Shown here: piece after piece, positions 1-18,250 of the stretch | Numbering within the stretch: position 1 is the first letter of the stretch | How the letters are laid out: each line of letters begins with the position of its first letter | NCBI RefSeq assembly: GCF_009914755.1 | Contig: NC_060925.1 | From: the human T2T-CHM13v2.0 reference genome, Homo sapiens | Strand: one strand, 5' to 3' | Length of the DNA: 64,000 bases | The notes under the pieces: generated by a model | Told to the model about the DNA's origin: nothing | Seen by the model: only the letters and a program-made list of their open reading frames with translations | Database searches by the model: none | Position numbers and translations under genes: made by a program

Positions 1-1219
1 TAAATAGTGCTGCATTGAACATAGTTCATTACTAATATCTCTTTGAGATCTGATTTCAATTAAAAAAATACCCAGAGGTGGTATTGCTGGATCATATGGT
101 AGTTCTACTTTTAACTTTTTAAGAAACCTCCGTACTGTTTTCCATAGTAGCTGCACCATTTCGCATGCACACCAGAAAGGGTTACAATTTTCTGAACATC
201 CTTGCCAACTTATTTGTGTTGTACAATAACCATTCTAACAAATGTGAAGTGATAGCTCGTTGTGGTTTGAATTGAATTTCCATGATGATTAATGATACCG
301 GGCATTTTTTCATATGTCTGTTGACCCCTTGTATGTCTCCTTTGGAGAAATGTGTATTCAAGTTCTTAGTCCATTTTTAAGAGGGTCTTTTTACTACTGT
401 TAGGTTTTTTTTTCGTGGGGGGGGGTAGTACTACTGAGTTACAGAAGTTCCTCAGATATCTTAGAAATTAATCCCTCTCCTGATAGTTTGCAAATATTTT
501 CCCCTCATTCTATAGGCTACCTTTCACTTTGTTGTCTCCTTTGCTATGGAGAAACTTTGTAATCTGATGCAGTCCCACTTGTTTTATTTTTTGTTTTTGC
601 TACCTGTGATTTCAGTGTTATATCCATTAAATTATTGACAAGAATAATGTCATGAAGATTTTCCCCTCTGTTTTCTCCTAGGAGTTTTGTGGTTTCAGGT
701 CTTAGGGTTAGGTCTTTAATCCAGTTTGAGTTGATTTTTGTGAATGGTTTAAGAGTCCAATTTCATTATTTTGCATGTGGATGTCCAGTTGTTCCAACAC
801 CATTTGTTGATAAGCCTATCCTTTCCTCACTGTATATTCTTGGTACCTCTGTCAAACGTCAGTTAACTATATATGCACAGATTTATTTCTTGGCTCTCTA
901 TTCTGTTCCATTGGTCTACGTACCTGTCTTTATGTCAGTATCACAGGTTTGACCACTAGATTTGTAACTTATTTTGAAATCAGGAAATTTGATGTCTCTA
1001 GCTTTTTTCTTCCTTCTTAAGACTGATTTGGCTACTTGTGAGTTTCTTTGGTGGTTCTAGGTAAATTTAAGTATTGGTTTTTTATATCTATTCCTAAAAA
1101 AACTTCAGATTTAATAAGAATTCTGTTGAATCTGTAAATTGCTTTGGGCAGTGTCTCAGTCCATTTGGGCCGCTATAAAAAATAACATAAACTAGGCGGC
1201 TTATAAAAAAACAAAAATT

Positions 1220-1600
<381 letters not shown>

Positions 1601-2599
1601 CTAGAGCCTGATTTCTCATAACTGGCCATCTTCTCACTGTAATCTCACATGGCAGAAGAGGTGAGAGATCTTTCTAGAGCCTCTTTTATAAGACACTAAT
1701 ACCATTCACTGAGGCTCCATGAATGAATCAAAGGTCCCCCCAACCCCCAGTACCATCACCTTGGAGGTTAGAATTTCAACATATGAATTATGGATGGGGT
1801 GGGGGACATAACTATTCAGACCATAGTAGGTAGTATGAACATTTTAACAATATTAAATCTTCCAATCCATCAGATTGGGTTGTCTTTCCATTTGTTTGTG
1901 TCTTATTAAATTCTTTTATCTATTTTTATAGTTTTCAGTATACAAGTCTTTAACTTCCTTATATTAAAAGTCTATTCCTAAGTATTTTATTCTTTTTGGT
2001 GCTATTGTAAATGAGAATGTTTTCCTAATTTCCTTTTCAGATAGTTCATTGCCAGCATATAGACTGATTTTGCGTTCTGCAACTTTTTAGAATTTGTTTA
2101 TTAGTTCTAACATTTTCATTGAGTTTTTAGGGTTTTCTACATATATGATCTTGTCATCTGCAAATAGGGACAGTTTTGTCTCTTTTTTATTTGAATGCCT
2201 TTTTTCTTTCCTTATCTTGCCTAATCACTCCTGCTAGGACTTCCAATTGAATGGAAATGGCAGTTGTGGACATCTTTGTCCTGTTCCTGATCTTAAAGGA
2301 AAAGTTTTCCGTTTTTAACCATCCAGTATCATGGTAGCTGTGGGCTTTTTATTTTTATTTTTTTACTTTGGAAAAGTTATTTATTTATTTTTTAAATTAT
2401 ACTTTAAGTTCTGTGATACATGTGAAGAACGTGCAGGTTTGTTACACAGGTGTACACGTGCCATGGTGGTTTACTGCACCCATCAACCTGTCATCTACAT
2501 TAGGTATTTCTCCTAATGCTATCCCTCCCCTAGCCCCTCACCCCTGACAGGCCCTGGTGTGTGATGTTCCCCTCCCTGTGTCCATGTGTTCTCATCATT

Positions 2600-7307
<4,708 letters not shown>

Positions 7308-7369
7308 TTTGATGCTAGCTGGTTATTTTGCCCATAGTTGATGCAGTTTCTTCATAGTGTCAATGGTCT

Positions 7370-8393
7370 TTACAATTTGTTATGCTTTTGCAGTGGCTTG
7401 TACCGGGTTTTCTTTGCATATTTAGTGCTTCCTTCAGGAGCTCTTGTAAGAGAGGCCAGTGGTGACAAAATTTCTCTGCATTTGCTTGTCTGTAAAGGAT
7501 TTTATTTCTCCTTCTCTTATGAAGCTTTGTTTGGCTGAATATGAAATTCTGGGTTGAAAATTCTTTTCTTTAAGAATGTTGAATATTGGCCCACACTCTC
7601 TTCTGGCTTGTAGGGTTTCTGCAGATATATCTGCTGTTAGTCTGAGGTGCTTCCCTTTGTGAATAACCTGACCTTTCTCTCTGGCTACCCTTAACCTTTT
7701 TTCCTTCATTTCAATGTTGGTGAATCCGATAATTATGTGTCTTGGGGTTGCTCTTCTCAAGGAGTATCTTTGTGGTGTTCTCCGTATTTCCTAAATTTGA
7801 ATGTTGGCTTGTTTTGGTAGGTTGGGGAAGTTCTCCTGGATAGTATCCTGAAGAGTGTTTTCCAACTTGGTTCCATTCTCCCTGTCACTTTTAGGTACAC
7901 CAATTGAACGTAGGTTTGGTCTTTTTCACGTAGTCCCATATTTCTTGGATGCTTTTTTTGTTCCTTTTCATTCCTTTCTCTCTAATCTTGTCTTCATGCT
8001 CTGTTTCATTATGCTGATCTTTAATCTCTGATATCCCTTCTTCCCCTTGATCAATTTGACTTTTGATACTTGTGTATGCTTCACGAAATTCTCATGCTGT
8101 GTTTTTCAGCTCTATCAGGTCATTTATTTTCTTCTCTAAACTGTTTGTTCTAGTTAGCAATTCCTCTAACCTTTTTTCAAGGTTCTTAGCTTCCTTCCAT
8201 TCGATTAGAACAAGCTCCTTTAGCTCGAGGAGTTTGTTATTACCCACCTTCTGAAGCCTATTTCTGTCGATTCATCAAACTCATTCTCTGTCCAGTTTTG
8301 TTCCCTCACTTGTGAGGAGTTGTGATCCTTTGGCAGGGAAGAGGTGTTCTGGTTTTTGGAATTTTCAGGCTTTTTGTGCTGGTTTTTCCTCAT
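7370..8393 (-). pseudogene. Frameshifted ORF1p of the L1PA7-like element
   Basis: ATG at 8393 (MRKNQHKKPENSKNQN..); C-terminal piece RRATPRHIII..QPRISYSAKQSFIREGEIKSFTDKQM in ORF 7434-7760. Confidence 0.85.
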
Positions 8394-9726
8394 CTTCGTG
8401 GATTTATCTACCTTTAGTCTTTGATGTTGGTGACCTCCAGATGGGGTTTTTGTCTGGATGTCCTTTTTGTTGATGTTCATGTTATTCCTTTCTGTTTGTT
8501 AGTTTTTCTTCTAACAGGCAGGCCCCTCTGCTGCAGGTCTGCTGGAGTTTGCTGGAGGTCCTCTCCAGACCCTGTTTGCATGGGTATCACCAGTGGAGGC
8601 TGCAGAACAGCAAAGATTGCTTGCCTGTTCCTTCCTCTGGAAGCTTCATCCCAGAGGGGCACCTGCCAGATGCCAGCCGGAGCTCTCCTCTGTGAGGTGT
8701 CTGTCGACCCCTGCTGGGAGATGTCTCCCAGTCAAGAGGCATGGATGTCAGGAACCCACTTGAGCAGGCAGTCTGTCCCTTAGCAGAGCTCGAGCGCTGC
8801 GCTGGAAGATCCACTGCTCTCTTCAGAGCCAGCAGGCAGGAACATTTAAGTCTGCTAAAGCTGCGCCCACAGCCGCCCCTTCCCCAAGGGAGATGGGCGT
8901 TTTATCTATAAACCCTTTACTGGGGCTGCTGCCTTTCTTTCAGAGATGCCCCACCCAGAGAGGAGGAATCTAGAGAGGCAGTCTGACTACAGCAGCTTTG
9001 CAGAGCTGAGGTGGTCTTCGCCCAGTTCAAAATTCCCGGCAGCTGTGTTTACACTGTGAGGGGAAAACCGCCTACTCAAGCCTCAGTAATGGTGGACGCC
9101 CGTCCGCCCACTAAGCTCAAGCGTCCTAGGTCGACTTCAGACCACTGTGCTGGCAGCAAGAATTTCAAGCTAGTGGATATTAGCTTACTGGGTTTTGTAG
9201 AGGTGGAATCCACTGAGCTAGACCACTTGTCTCCCTGGCTTCAGCCCCCTTTCCAGGAGAGTGACCGGTTTTGTTTCACTGGCATTCCAGGCGCCACTGG
9301 GGTATGAAAGAAAAACTCCTGCAGCTGGTTCAGTGTCTTCCCAAACGGGCACCCAGTTTTGTGCTTGAAACTTAGGGCCCTGGTGGTGTAGGCACCCAAA
9401 GGAATCACCTCGTCTGTGGGTTGCAAAGACCGTGGGAAGAGTGTAGTATCTGGGCAGAAATGCACTGTTCCTCAAAGCAGAGTCCCTCCCTCACGGCTTC
9501 CCTTGGCTAGGGGAGGGAGTTCCCTGACCCCTTGCACCTCCTGGGTGAGGCGACGTTTCACCCTGCTTCAGCTTCCCCTCCATGGGCTGCACCCACTGTC
9601 TAACCAGTCCCAGTTAGATGAGCCAAGTACCTCAGTTGGAAATGCAAAAATCACCCACCTTCTGCGTTGATCTCGCTGGGAGCTGCAGACCGGAGCTGTT
9701 CCTATTCCACCATCTTGCCAGCCACC
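8394..9726 (-). promoter_or_regulatory. L1 5'UTR internal promoter region (sense promoter on minus, antisense promoter on plus)
   Basis: GC-rich 5'UTR of the full-length element; YY1 site appears mutated (AAGATGGTGG instead of AAGATGGCCG); activity not shown. Confidence 0.6.
9089..9307 (+). other. ORF0-like antisense ORF (72 aa) in the L1 5'UTR
   Basis: MVDARPPTKLKRPRSTSDHCAGS aligns with recalled L1HS ORF0 N-terminus MAGAPPPASLPPCSLISDCCASN; Kozak GTAATGG. Confidence 0.55.
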
Positions 9727-12700
9727 AGCTGTGGGCTTTTTATATATGACATTTATTATGTTGGGATAATTTTTTTTATTCTTAGTTTGTTAAGAGCTTT
9801 TATCATAAAAGGATGTTGAATTTTGTCAAATGCTTTTTCTGCATCTATTGACATAATCATGTGATTTTTATCCTTTATTCTGTCAATGTAGCAAATCACA
9901 TTCTTTGATATTCATATGTTAAAACATTCTTGCATCCCAGAGATAAATCCCATTTGGTCATGGTGTATAATTCTTTTAATGTGCTGTTGGATTCAGTTTG
10001 CTACTATTTTATTGAGGATTGTTGCATCTATGTTCATTAGAGATATTGGCCTATAGTTTTATTTTCTTGTGTTGCCTGTTTTTTTGGCTTTGGTATCAGG
10101 GTTATCCTGGCCTCATAATATGAGTTTGGAAGAATTTCCTCCTTTTCCATTTGTTGGAAGAGTTTGAGAAGAATCAGTGTTAGTTCTTCTTTAAATTATT
10201 GTTAGAATTTGCTAGGGAAGCCATCTGTCTTGTGTTTTTCTTTGTTTAGAGTTGTTGTTATTATTATTATTACTAATTCAATCTCTATACCAGTTACAGG
10301 TCCTTCCAACTTTCTATTTCTTCCTGATTTAGTCTTGATGGGTTGTTTGTTTCTAGAAATATATTCATGTCTTTTAGTTTGTATAGTTTGCTGGCATATA
10401 ATTGTTTAGAATACTCTCTTATGATCCTTTATAGTTTGGTGGAATCTGTTGTAATGCTTCCTTTTTCATTTCTGATTTTACTTATTTAAGTCTTCTCTGC
10501 TTTTTTCTAAGTTTGTCTAGCTAAGGGTCTGTCAATTTTGTTTATATGTTCACAAAACCTATTCTCAGTTTTATGATTTTTTTTCTGTTACTTTTAAATT
10601 TTGTATTTCATTCATTTGTCTCTAGACTTTGTTTTCTTCCTTCTGCTAATTTTTGGCTGTTTTTTCTTCTTTCTTCAGTTCCTTGAGGTGTAAAATTGGT
10701 TTGTTTATTTCAGATCTACCTTATTTTTTAATGTAAACATTTATCACTATAAAATTCCCACTTGGTTCTATTTATTTTGTGTCCCATAAGTTTTGGTGTG
10801 GTGTGTTTTCAGTTTCATTTGTCTTGAGGTATTTTCTAATTTCCTTCTTGATTTCTTCTTTGACCCAATTGTTGTTCAAAAGTGAGTGGTTTAATTTCCA
10901 TATATTTGTGAATTTTATAAGTTTTCTTCTGCTATAGATTTCTAGTTTTATTCCACTGGGGTCAGAAGAGACACTTAGTAAGATTTCAATCTTAAATTTG
11001 TTACATCTTGTTTTGTGACTTAACATGTGATGTATCGTGGAGAAAAAGTCATGTTTGCTTCATAAGAACGTGTATTGTATATTCTGCTGCTGTTGGGTGA
11101 AATGTTCTCTATATGTCTGTTAGGTCCATTTGCTCTACAGTGTTATTGAAATCTTTTGTTTCCTTTTTGGTCTTATGCCTGGGTATTCTATCCATTATTG
11201 AAAGTGGGGCATTGAAGTCTTCTACTATTATTGTGTTGCTATTTATCCCTTTAGTTCTGTCAATGTTTGCTTTATGCTTTATATGTTTAGTAACTCTGAC
11301 GTTGGGTGCATATATATTTATAATTATTCTATCTCCCTGGTTAATTGACTCTGTTATCATAAATTATCTTTCTTTGTCTTGTAACATTTTTTCATATTAG
11401 AGAAAGATAAATTAGTCATCTGGATAAATAGAGCCACTTCTGCTCTTTTTTGGTGACAATTTATTTGTACGGAATAACTTTTTTTCATTTATTCACTGTA
11501 AGACTATATATGTTCTTAATTCTACAGTAAGTTTCTTGTAGACAGCGTAGAGCTAAGTCCTGGATCTTGTTTTGTTATCCACTCAGTCACTCTTTTGATT
11601 GGGGATGTTAATCCATTTATATTTTTAAAAGTTACTTACATAAAAAAATTAATATTGCCATTTTGTTCATTGTTTCCTGTTATTTTTGTAGTTCTTTTAC
11701 CTGCCTTTTCCTCTTTTGTTGTCTTCCTTTGTGTTTTGATTTTTCATATAGACTTTGATTCCTTTCTTTTTTTCTTTTGTGTAAATTCTACAAGTTTGTG
11801 TGTGTGTGTATGTGTGCCTGTGTGTGGGTGAGCATGGTTACCTTGGTGATTTCATAAAATATCTTATAGAAATAACACTCTATTTTAAGTTGATAACAAG
11901 TAAAAGTCAATATCATACAAGAACTCTACACTTTAACTTCTCCCCCCCCCACTGTATTTTATTGTTATAAAAATTTCCATCTATTTGTATTGTATAACTT
12001 TAAACATATTTTTAATTAGAGTTATTTTTAATACTTTGTCTTTTAGCTTTTATATGAGAATTAAAAGTGATTTAGCCACTGCTATTACAATAGTACAGTA
12101 TCCTGTATTTGTTTACATATTTACCAGTAGCAACAAATTTCATACTTTCTTATGCCATTGTGTTGCTGTTTAGCATCCTTTCAGTTCAACTTGAATAACT
12201 CCCTTCAGCATTTCTTGTAAGGCAGGTCTAGTGGTGATGAATTTTCTCAGCTTTTGTTTGTCTAGGAAAGTCTTTATCTGTCTTTCATTTTTGAAGGATA
12301 GTTTTGGGAACAGTATTCTTAGTTAGCAGTATTTTTATTTTCAGCACTTCAAATATATCATTCCACTCCTTCTGTCTGCAAGGTTTCTGCTGAAAAATAT
12401 GGGGATTGTCCTATGAAAGTTCTTTTGTATTTGACAAGTTACTTCTTGCTTGCAGCTTTCAATATTTTCTTTGCCTTTAAATTTTGACAATTTGATTATA
12501 TGGCTCAATATGGACTTTTTTGGGTTCAAATTATTTGGTGCCTTTTGGACTTCTTAAACCTAGATGTCCTCTTTCTTCCCCAAATTTGGGAAGTTTTTAG
12601 CCATTATTTATTTGGATAAGCCTTCTATTCCTTTCATCTATTTTCTTCTTCTGAGACTCCCATAATGTTTATATGTCTGCTTGATGGTGTCTCACAGTTT

Positions 12701-13934
12701 CTTTATATTTTCTTCACTTTTTACATTCTTTTTTTCTTTCTGCTGTTTTGACTGAATTATTTCCAGTGACCTGTTTTTGCATTTGCTGATCCTTTCTTCT
12801 GCTGTTGAATCTCTCTAGCAAATTTTTCAGTTCAACTATTGTATTCTTCAGCTCCATGATTGCCATTTGGTATTTTTTAATATTTCCTATCTCTTTATAA
12901 AATTTTCACTTTGTTCATGCATTATTGTCTTGATCTCCGTGAACATCTTTATGAGAATTATTTTTAATTCCCTGTCAGGTAAATCATATAATTTCATTTC
13001 ATTAAGATCATTTTCTGGAGATTCTTCTTATTCCTTTGTTTGGAACACTTTTTCCTGGTTTTTCATTTTTCTTAACTCTCTGTGTTGATGTCTGTACGTT
13101 AGACAAAGTCGGCATCTCTTCCAGTCTTCACAGACTGGCGTTATAGAGAAGAAAATTCCACCAAATAACATGGTCAGATTCTGGGGGCCTCCATCAACTC
13201 TTTTTCTCCCCAGAAAGAGGTCGGAAGTTGTGGTTTTGTCCATGTTCTCTGTTATGACCCAGAAGGGAAAGCTATGCCATCTACCAACCCAAGCTGCTAT
13301 CTCCATTGTACCCCACGTGGCTAGAATGTGCCAGATCTATTGGTGCTCCAGGGTTGATGAGAAAGATGCTATTTCTTTGGGCAGCCCCAAAGAAGTTGGA
13401 ATGTGGGATCCATGAATCAACTCTTCTGTCCATGGGGAAAGGGAGAAGCTGAGAGCTGGGATTTTTCATCCACTCACTCTGTATTGAGCAGTGGGGAGAG
13501 TCGATGGCATTTACCAGGCCAAGCCACTGCCTCTGTTCTCTTCCAGGTGGCTATACTGTGCCAGACCCATCAGAGCTCCAAGACCGACACGGCACAGCCA
13601 CTCCTCTAGGGAGTGGCTCATAAAAGTCAGAGTGCTGGATGTGTAAAACAACCCCTGCCTCCACTGAGTAAAGTTAACAGTGAGGGATTCTCTTCTTGAT
13701 CATATGATGCTGCAATGGGGTCAGGGTCTCTGGTAAGAACATATCCCAAATCTCCCTACTGGCTTCAGTGAGTTGCTATTAGTTCCTCCCAGGATGCAAG
13801 AGCCTTTCAATTAGTTTCTGGTTTCTCACAAAGGGAATTTGTCTATGAATTATTGCTTTATCTATGTGTTTGTTGCAGGGAAGGAGGATCCAGGTCTTCC
13901 TACTGTACCATGTTGATAACATCACTCTCTGAGA

Positions 13935-14180
13935 CATTTATAATGAGCACATACTGCACACTAGGCTCTACAGTCATCCCTTTAGATTTATCATAGCACT
14001 TAGTCATCACAACATCACCACAAGATAGGTTTTATTATCATCCAGATCTTACAGACAAAGAAATTGAGGTTTAAGAAAGTTGAATAAATTGTTCACAAAG
14101 CTAGTAAGTGCAGGGCAAGAATTATAAACCAGGTCTGTCTAACTCCTAAAGCATGTCTTAAGCACCATGATATTCTGCCT
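13935..14180 (-). mobile_element. MIR
   Basis: Core cttacagacaaagaaattgaggtttaag..ctagtaagtgcagggcaaga. Confidence 0.7.
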
Positions 14181-14716
14181 TTGCACAGAAGATGAGAGGA
14201 CATACGGAAGAGAGCGGGGAGACAAGCCAACATTTTCCCAGAGGGAAGCAATGCTCTTAGGTAGGGCCAACATCATCAGTCAGTCTAGGACTAATGTCAG
14301 CGTTATCTACAGGAGAACAGCATGAACCCCTACACTGGGTTGGTCAATAGTGAGTCATATATAGACACTTATGTATGCCTTGAATTGTGCTATGTGCTGG
14401 AAGGAACAAAATCAGTAAGACATGGTACCTGCCCTGGAGAACGTCTTAATGTGAAAATAAGATAAAGATATGTTTCAAATTCTCAGGAAACACTGGACAT
14501 ATTCATTTGGTCCAGTCTGGAGTCTAACAAGGCTTCCCAAAGAAGCTAATGCCTAGGAGTTAGGTATCAGAAGAAAAGTAAGAAAGGGTTTCCAGGCTAA
14601 AGAAACAGGATGTGCAAAATCTCAAAGGCTTGAAATCATATGGTGGGTACAAAAACCTAAAAATACTTGAGTACTACTCAAGTGCTTAAAGTGGAAATTA
14701 CAGAGTGGGCAGATGA

Positions 14717-14865
14717 ATACAGTGACCATATGTCCAGGTTTTCCTGGGATGCTACAGTTTTATACACATTGTACCAGCTAAGTTATCAATTACACCCACA
14801 CTTCACACCAAAAAATATTCTGTTTTGGGTGAAAAATTATATGGCCATCTTATAATCACCCTATA
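14717..14865. mobile_element. MER94-like hAT-Blackjack MITE inside an L2 remnant
   Basis: TIR-like ends agtgaccatatgtccagg / aattatatggccatct..tcaccct. Confidence 0.5.
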
Positions 14866-14995
14866 GATGAGGCTACCCGGTGAAATAGAGGCCAAATCAC
14901 AGAGTCATTTACATCATGCTAAGAAATTGACTTAGGGGGTATATGTGCGGGTTTGTTACATGGGTATGTTGTGTGATATTTACACACATGTTTAC

Positions 14996-15102
14996 TTATC
15001 TGGACATAACCTCATCATAAGTCAAGGAGTATACTGAATATGTGTAGCTTTCCTACCACTATAAAGTCAAAAGTCAAAACATCAAAAGTTGGGGACCATT
15101 TG
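14996..15102. mobile_element. Rearranged MER47-like (Tigger) fragment
   Basis: Two TIR-like copies: catcataagtcaaggagtat and catcaaaagttggggaccatttg. Confidence 0.45.
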
Positions 15103-17099
15103 CACTAGGTTTACCACTGGTAAAAGGGAGGTGGCTTTAGGTAATAAACTTTTAAAAATTAATGATTTTATATGTATTTTAATGTATGTTGGGGGAGAGA
15201 CATAGCTAGCACATTCAACGCATGACTTCATGAATATTATTGCCCTGGATAAACTAAAATATGTATTGCTCTGGTGATGCATACTACCTAAACCCATGAG
15301 TTTTAAACCCAGTGCTCTTGCATGAATGTTCAATCCTTGAACAACTGAAACTTCTCTTTCAACTTTGGAAGGTTGAAAAAGTACATGATATGTGTTGGTC
15401 ATATGGATTCTCTTATATTGAATATCTGTGGGTATCAATGTATTCTTTCCAGCAATACACTGAATATCACTTTCAGTGGTATAAAACTATGGCATCAATA
15501 TCAAAGAACTATGAAAATGGCTGAAATCTAAGATGCATTATGGGAGACTGGAGGGGGGTACTGTCAAAGGGCTCTAGGCCAGGGATTTCCATGGGAATCT
15601 AACCAGTTTGATCTCCTGCTTAAAGCTCTACACTCTGGTTCCGGGTTGGACTTAAGTAATTTTGAAAGAAGAAAATCTAAGAGGGAAATGATTTAGTAAT
15701 TCAGTTAAAAGGTGGTAAAGATTAAACTGAAAAAATGAGGGTGAGCTGGAGGGAAGAGAAATTTTTGAGATGTACTTAAAAGCTAAAATCAACGGGTTTG
15801 AGCAGAGGTGGGAAAGAAAAAGTAAATAGTCAAGTTTGAGTCCTAGGTCCCTGTCTCAAGCAACTTGATAGAGAATGGTTCCACCAACCAAGCTTGTACT
15901 GTAGTCCAGGACTATAGAAGAAGCATGTTTAAAGTGAAAGACAACAAATTCACCAGCTCTCCAGCCACAGTGTAACCATATAGAAATGGGAGGGAGATTA
16001 GTTTTCCAGAAAAGAGCATCATATTTAGATTTAGAATAACTTGGCTCAAATTTTAGTTTTTTTAGTTGCTTTTTCTGGGAAATGTGTATAATATATTAGA
16101 AGGTTGTTGTAAAAATTAAATGAGAGGCTATGTGTGAAAGCACTTTGTAAATTGTAAAGTGTCAGTTGTTATTTTGAAGTAAATAAGCAGAAGTGATAAT
16201 GAATTCTAAGAGTTTGGAGATTATAAGGCTCAAAGGCACACTTAAGGAGGAAGACCACATGGTCTATTCTTAGCATACTGTACTTAAACTACCTCCAACA
16301 GATAAGAATTTATTTTGTTTTTTAAAACTCCTAGAGTAAGTAACCTTATTAACCCATTTTAGAATTTTTAAACGCTCACTATTTAACAGTACTTAACCTA
16401 ACTTTATTATGCTCCAACTCCTTTTGTGCTATATCCATGGTTCCCTTACATTCTTGAAAACCCTTCATGAGAGCTTTCAATCTTTTCTTTAGTAGGCTAA
16501 ATGATACTTTATCTTTTAAACTATCTATAAGCTATTGCATGCATGTGTTACTCAGAATGGCCAGATTAAAGTAATAACAACTTCTCATCTCCTTAAATCC
16601 TTTTTTGAAAAAAGCAGGCTGTAAATAATGAAAGCTTATTACATACTGCTTTTTTCAAACCTGAACATCAAGCTTTGCCAGTTGTAATTTATATGAGCTT
16701 AGATCGGTGACCAGACATCCAAGCTTTAGTTTCTTTATCAGAAGTCAATTCAGTGATGGCCGTTCTCTACTAGAGATGAGGGGTGGGACTAGAGTAATAA
16801 TGGAGTACCAAAGAGAAATTATGAGGACTAGAAAGTCAAGAAGGGCTGTAGAACTGAAAGCACTTTGCAAACCGTAAATACCTACACTATGCAAAAACTG
16901 TTTATCATGCATTATCTTATTTGACCTTCTTTATAGCCCCATGAGGCATTGGCATGTAATGTCACCATTTCAGAGTTGGGGAAAAGCAGATATGAAAAGG
17001 TCAAGCCATGTGCTCAAGATCTTGAAGCCAATCAGTGATGATGCCAAATCCCAGATCTACTGACTTTGACTGCATTCACTCATCATTAAACGTGTTCTT

Positions 17100-17425
<326 letters not shown>

Positions 17426-17719
17426 TTAGGTGCTTGGGAAAAAAGAAAACTACAGACCCTACTGTTCCTCACTGACTCCCCTACCATTCACCAGAGCTCA
17501 TGGTCCAGTAGGAAAGAAAAATAGATAAGGCCCTTGAGATCTACGTCTAACATCCACGCCATCTCTGCACAAGGAAAAATTTGATAGAATCTGGTTAGCT
17601 GTTTTCTTTATGTTACAGAAGCTTGAAATAACTTCTATGATGAATCATTTGGAGTATGAATTTGGGAAAAATATTTATTCCATATGTTATAGCATGAGGA
17701 AAATATAAGCTGCCTAACC

Positions 17720-18250
17720 AATAACTTTGCCAATAAGATATCATCTATATTTCTCACCAATAGGGTCCTGGATTTGTCTGAAACAGCAAGAAAAAAACAT
17801 TCGCAACTCTTACAACCTACTTTGCTAAGTGTGGCCATTTGCTCCTGTTCTGATCAAAGAAATGGAAGTAGAAATTGACTCAGTTAAGATTTTAGGAAAA
17901 GTATTGCCTTCCTGATAAAAAAGGACAGACTCAGCCAGCTTATCTCTTTTGCTTTTTATCTTCCCTCTTCCCACACTCTCTGCTCTTTTTTCTTGGAATT
18001 GGATGTGATGCTCAAAGGGAAAAACAATAAAAGCCATCTCAGAAGAAAGCCATAAGGAAGAAAGTCAAGCAGTAAGGGAATCAAAGCAGAAAGGTAGGTA
18101 GAGCCTGGGTTCTAGACAACACCATGGAGCTACCCTAAAGAACTAGAATTTGTACCTCCATACTTGAGTACATAAGAAAAATAACACCCTACTCTATTAA
18201 ACCACTGAGGTCAAATTTCCATTACATGTAGTCTAACACAATTACCAATA
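17720..18250 (+). mobile_element. Old MaLR LTR (MLT1J/K/L group)
   Basis: gagcctgggttctagacaacaccatggagct..ttaaaccactg..catgtagtctaacaca resembles recalled MLT1 3' half. Confidence 0.5.
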
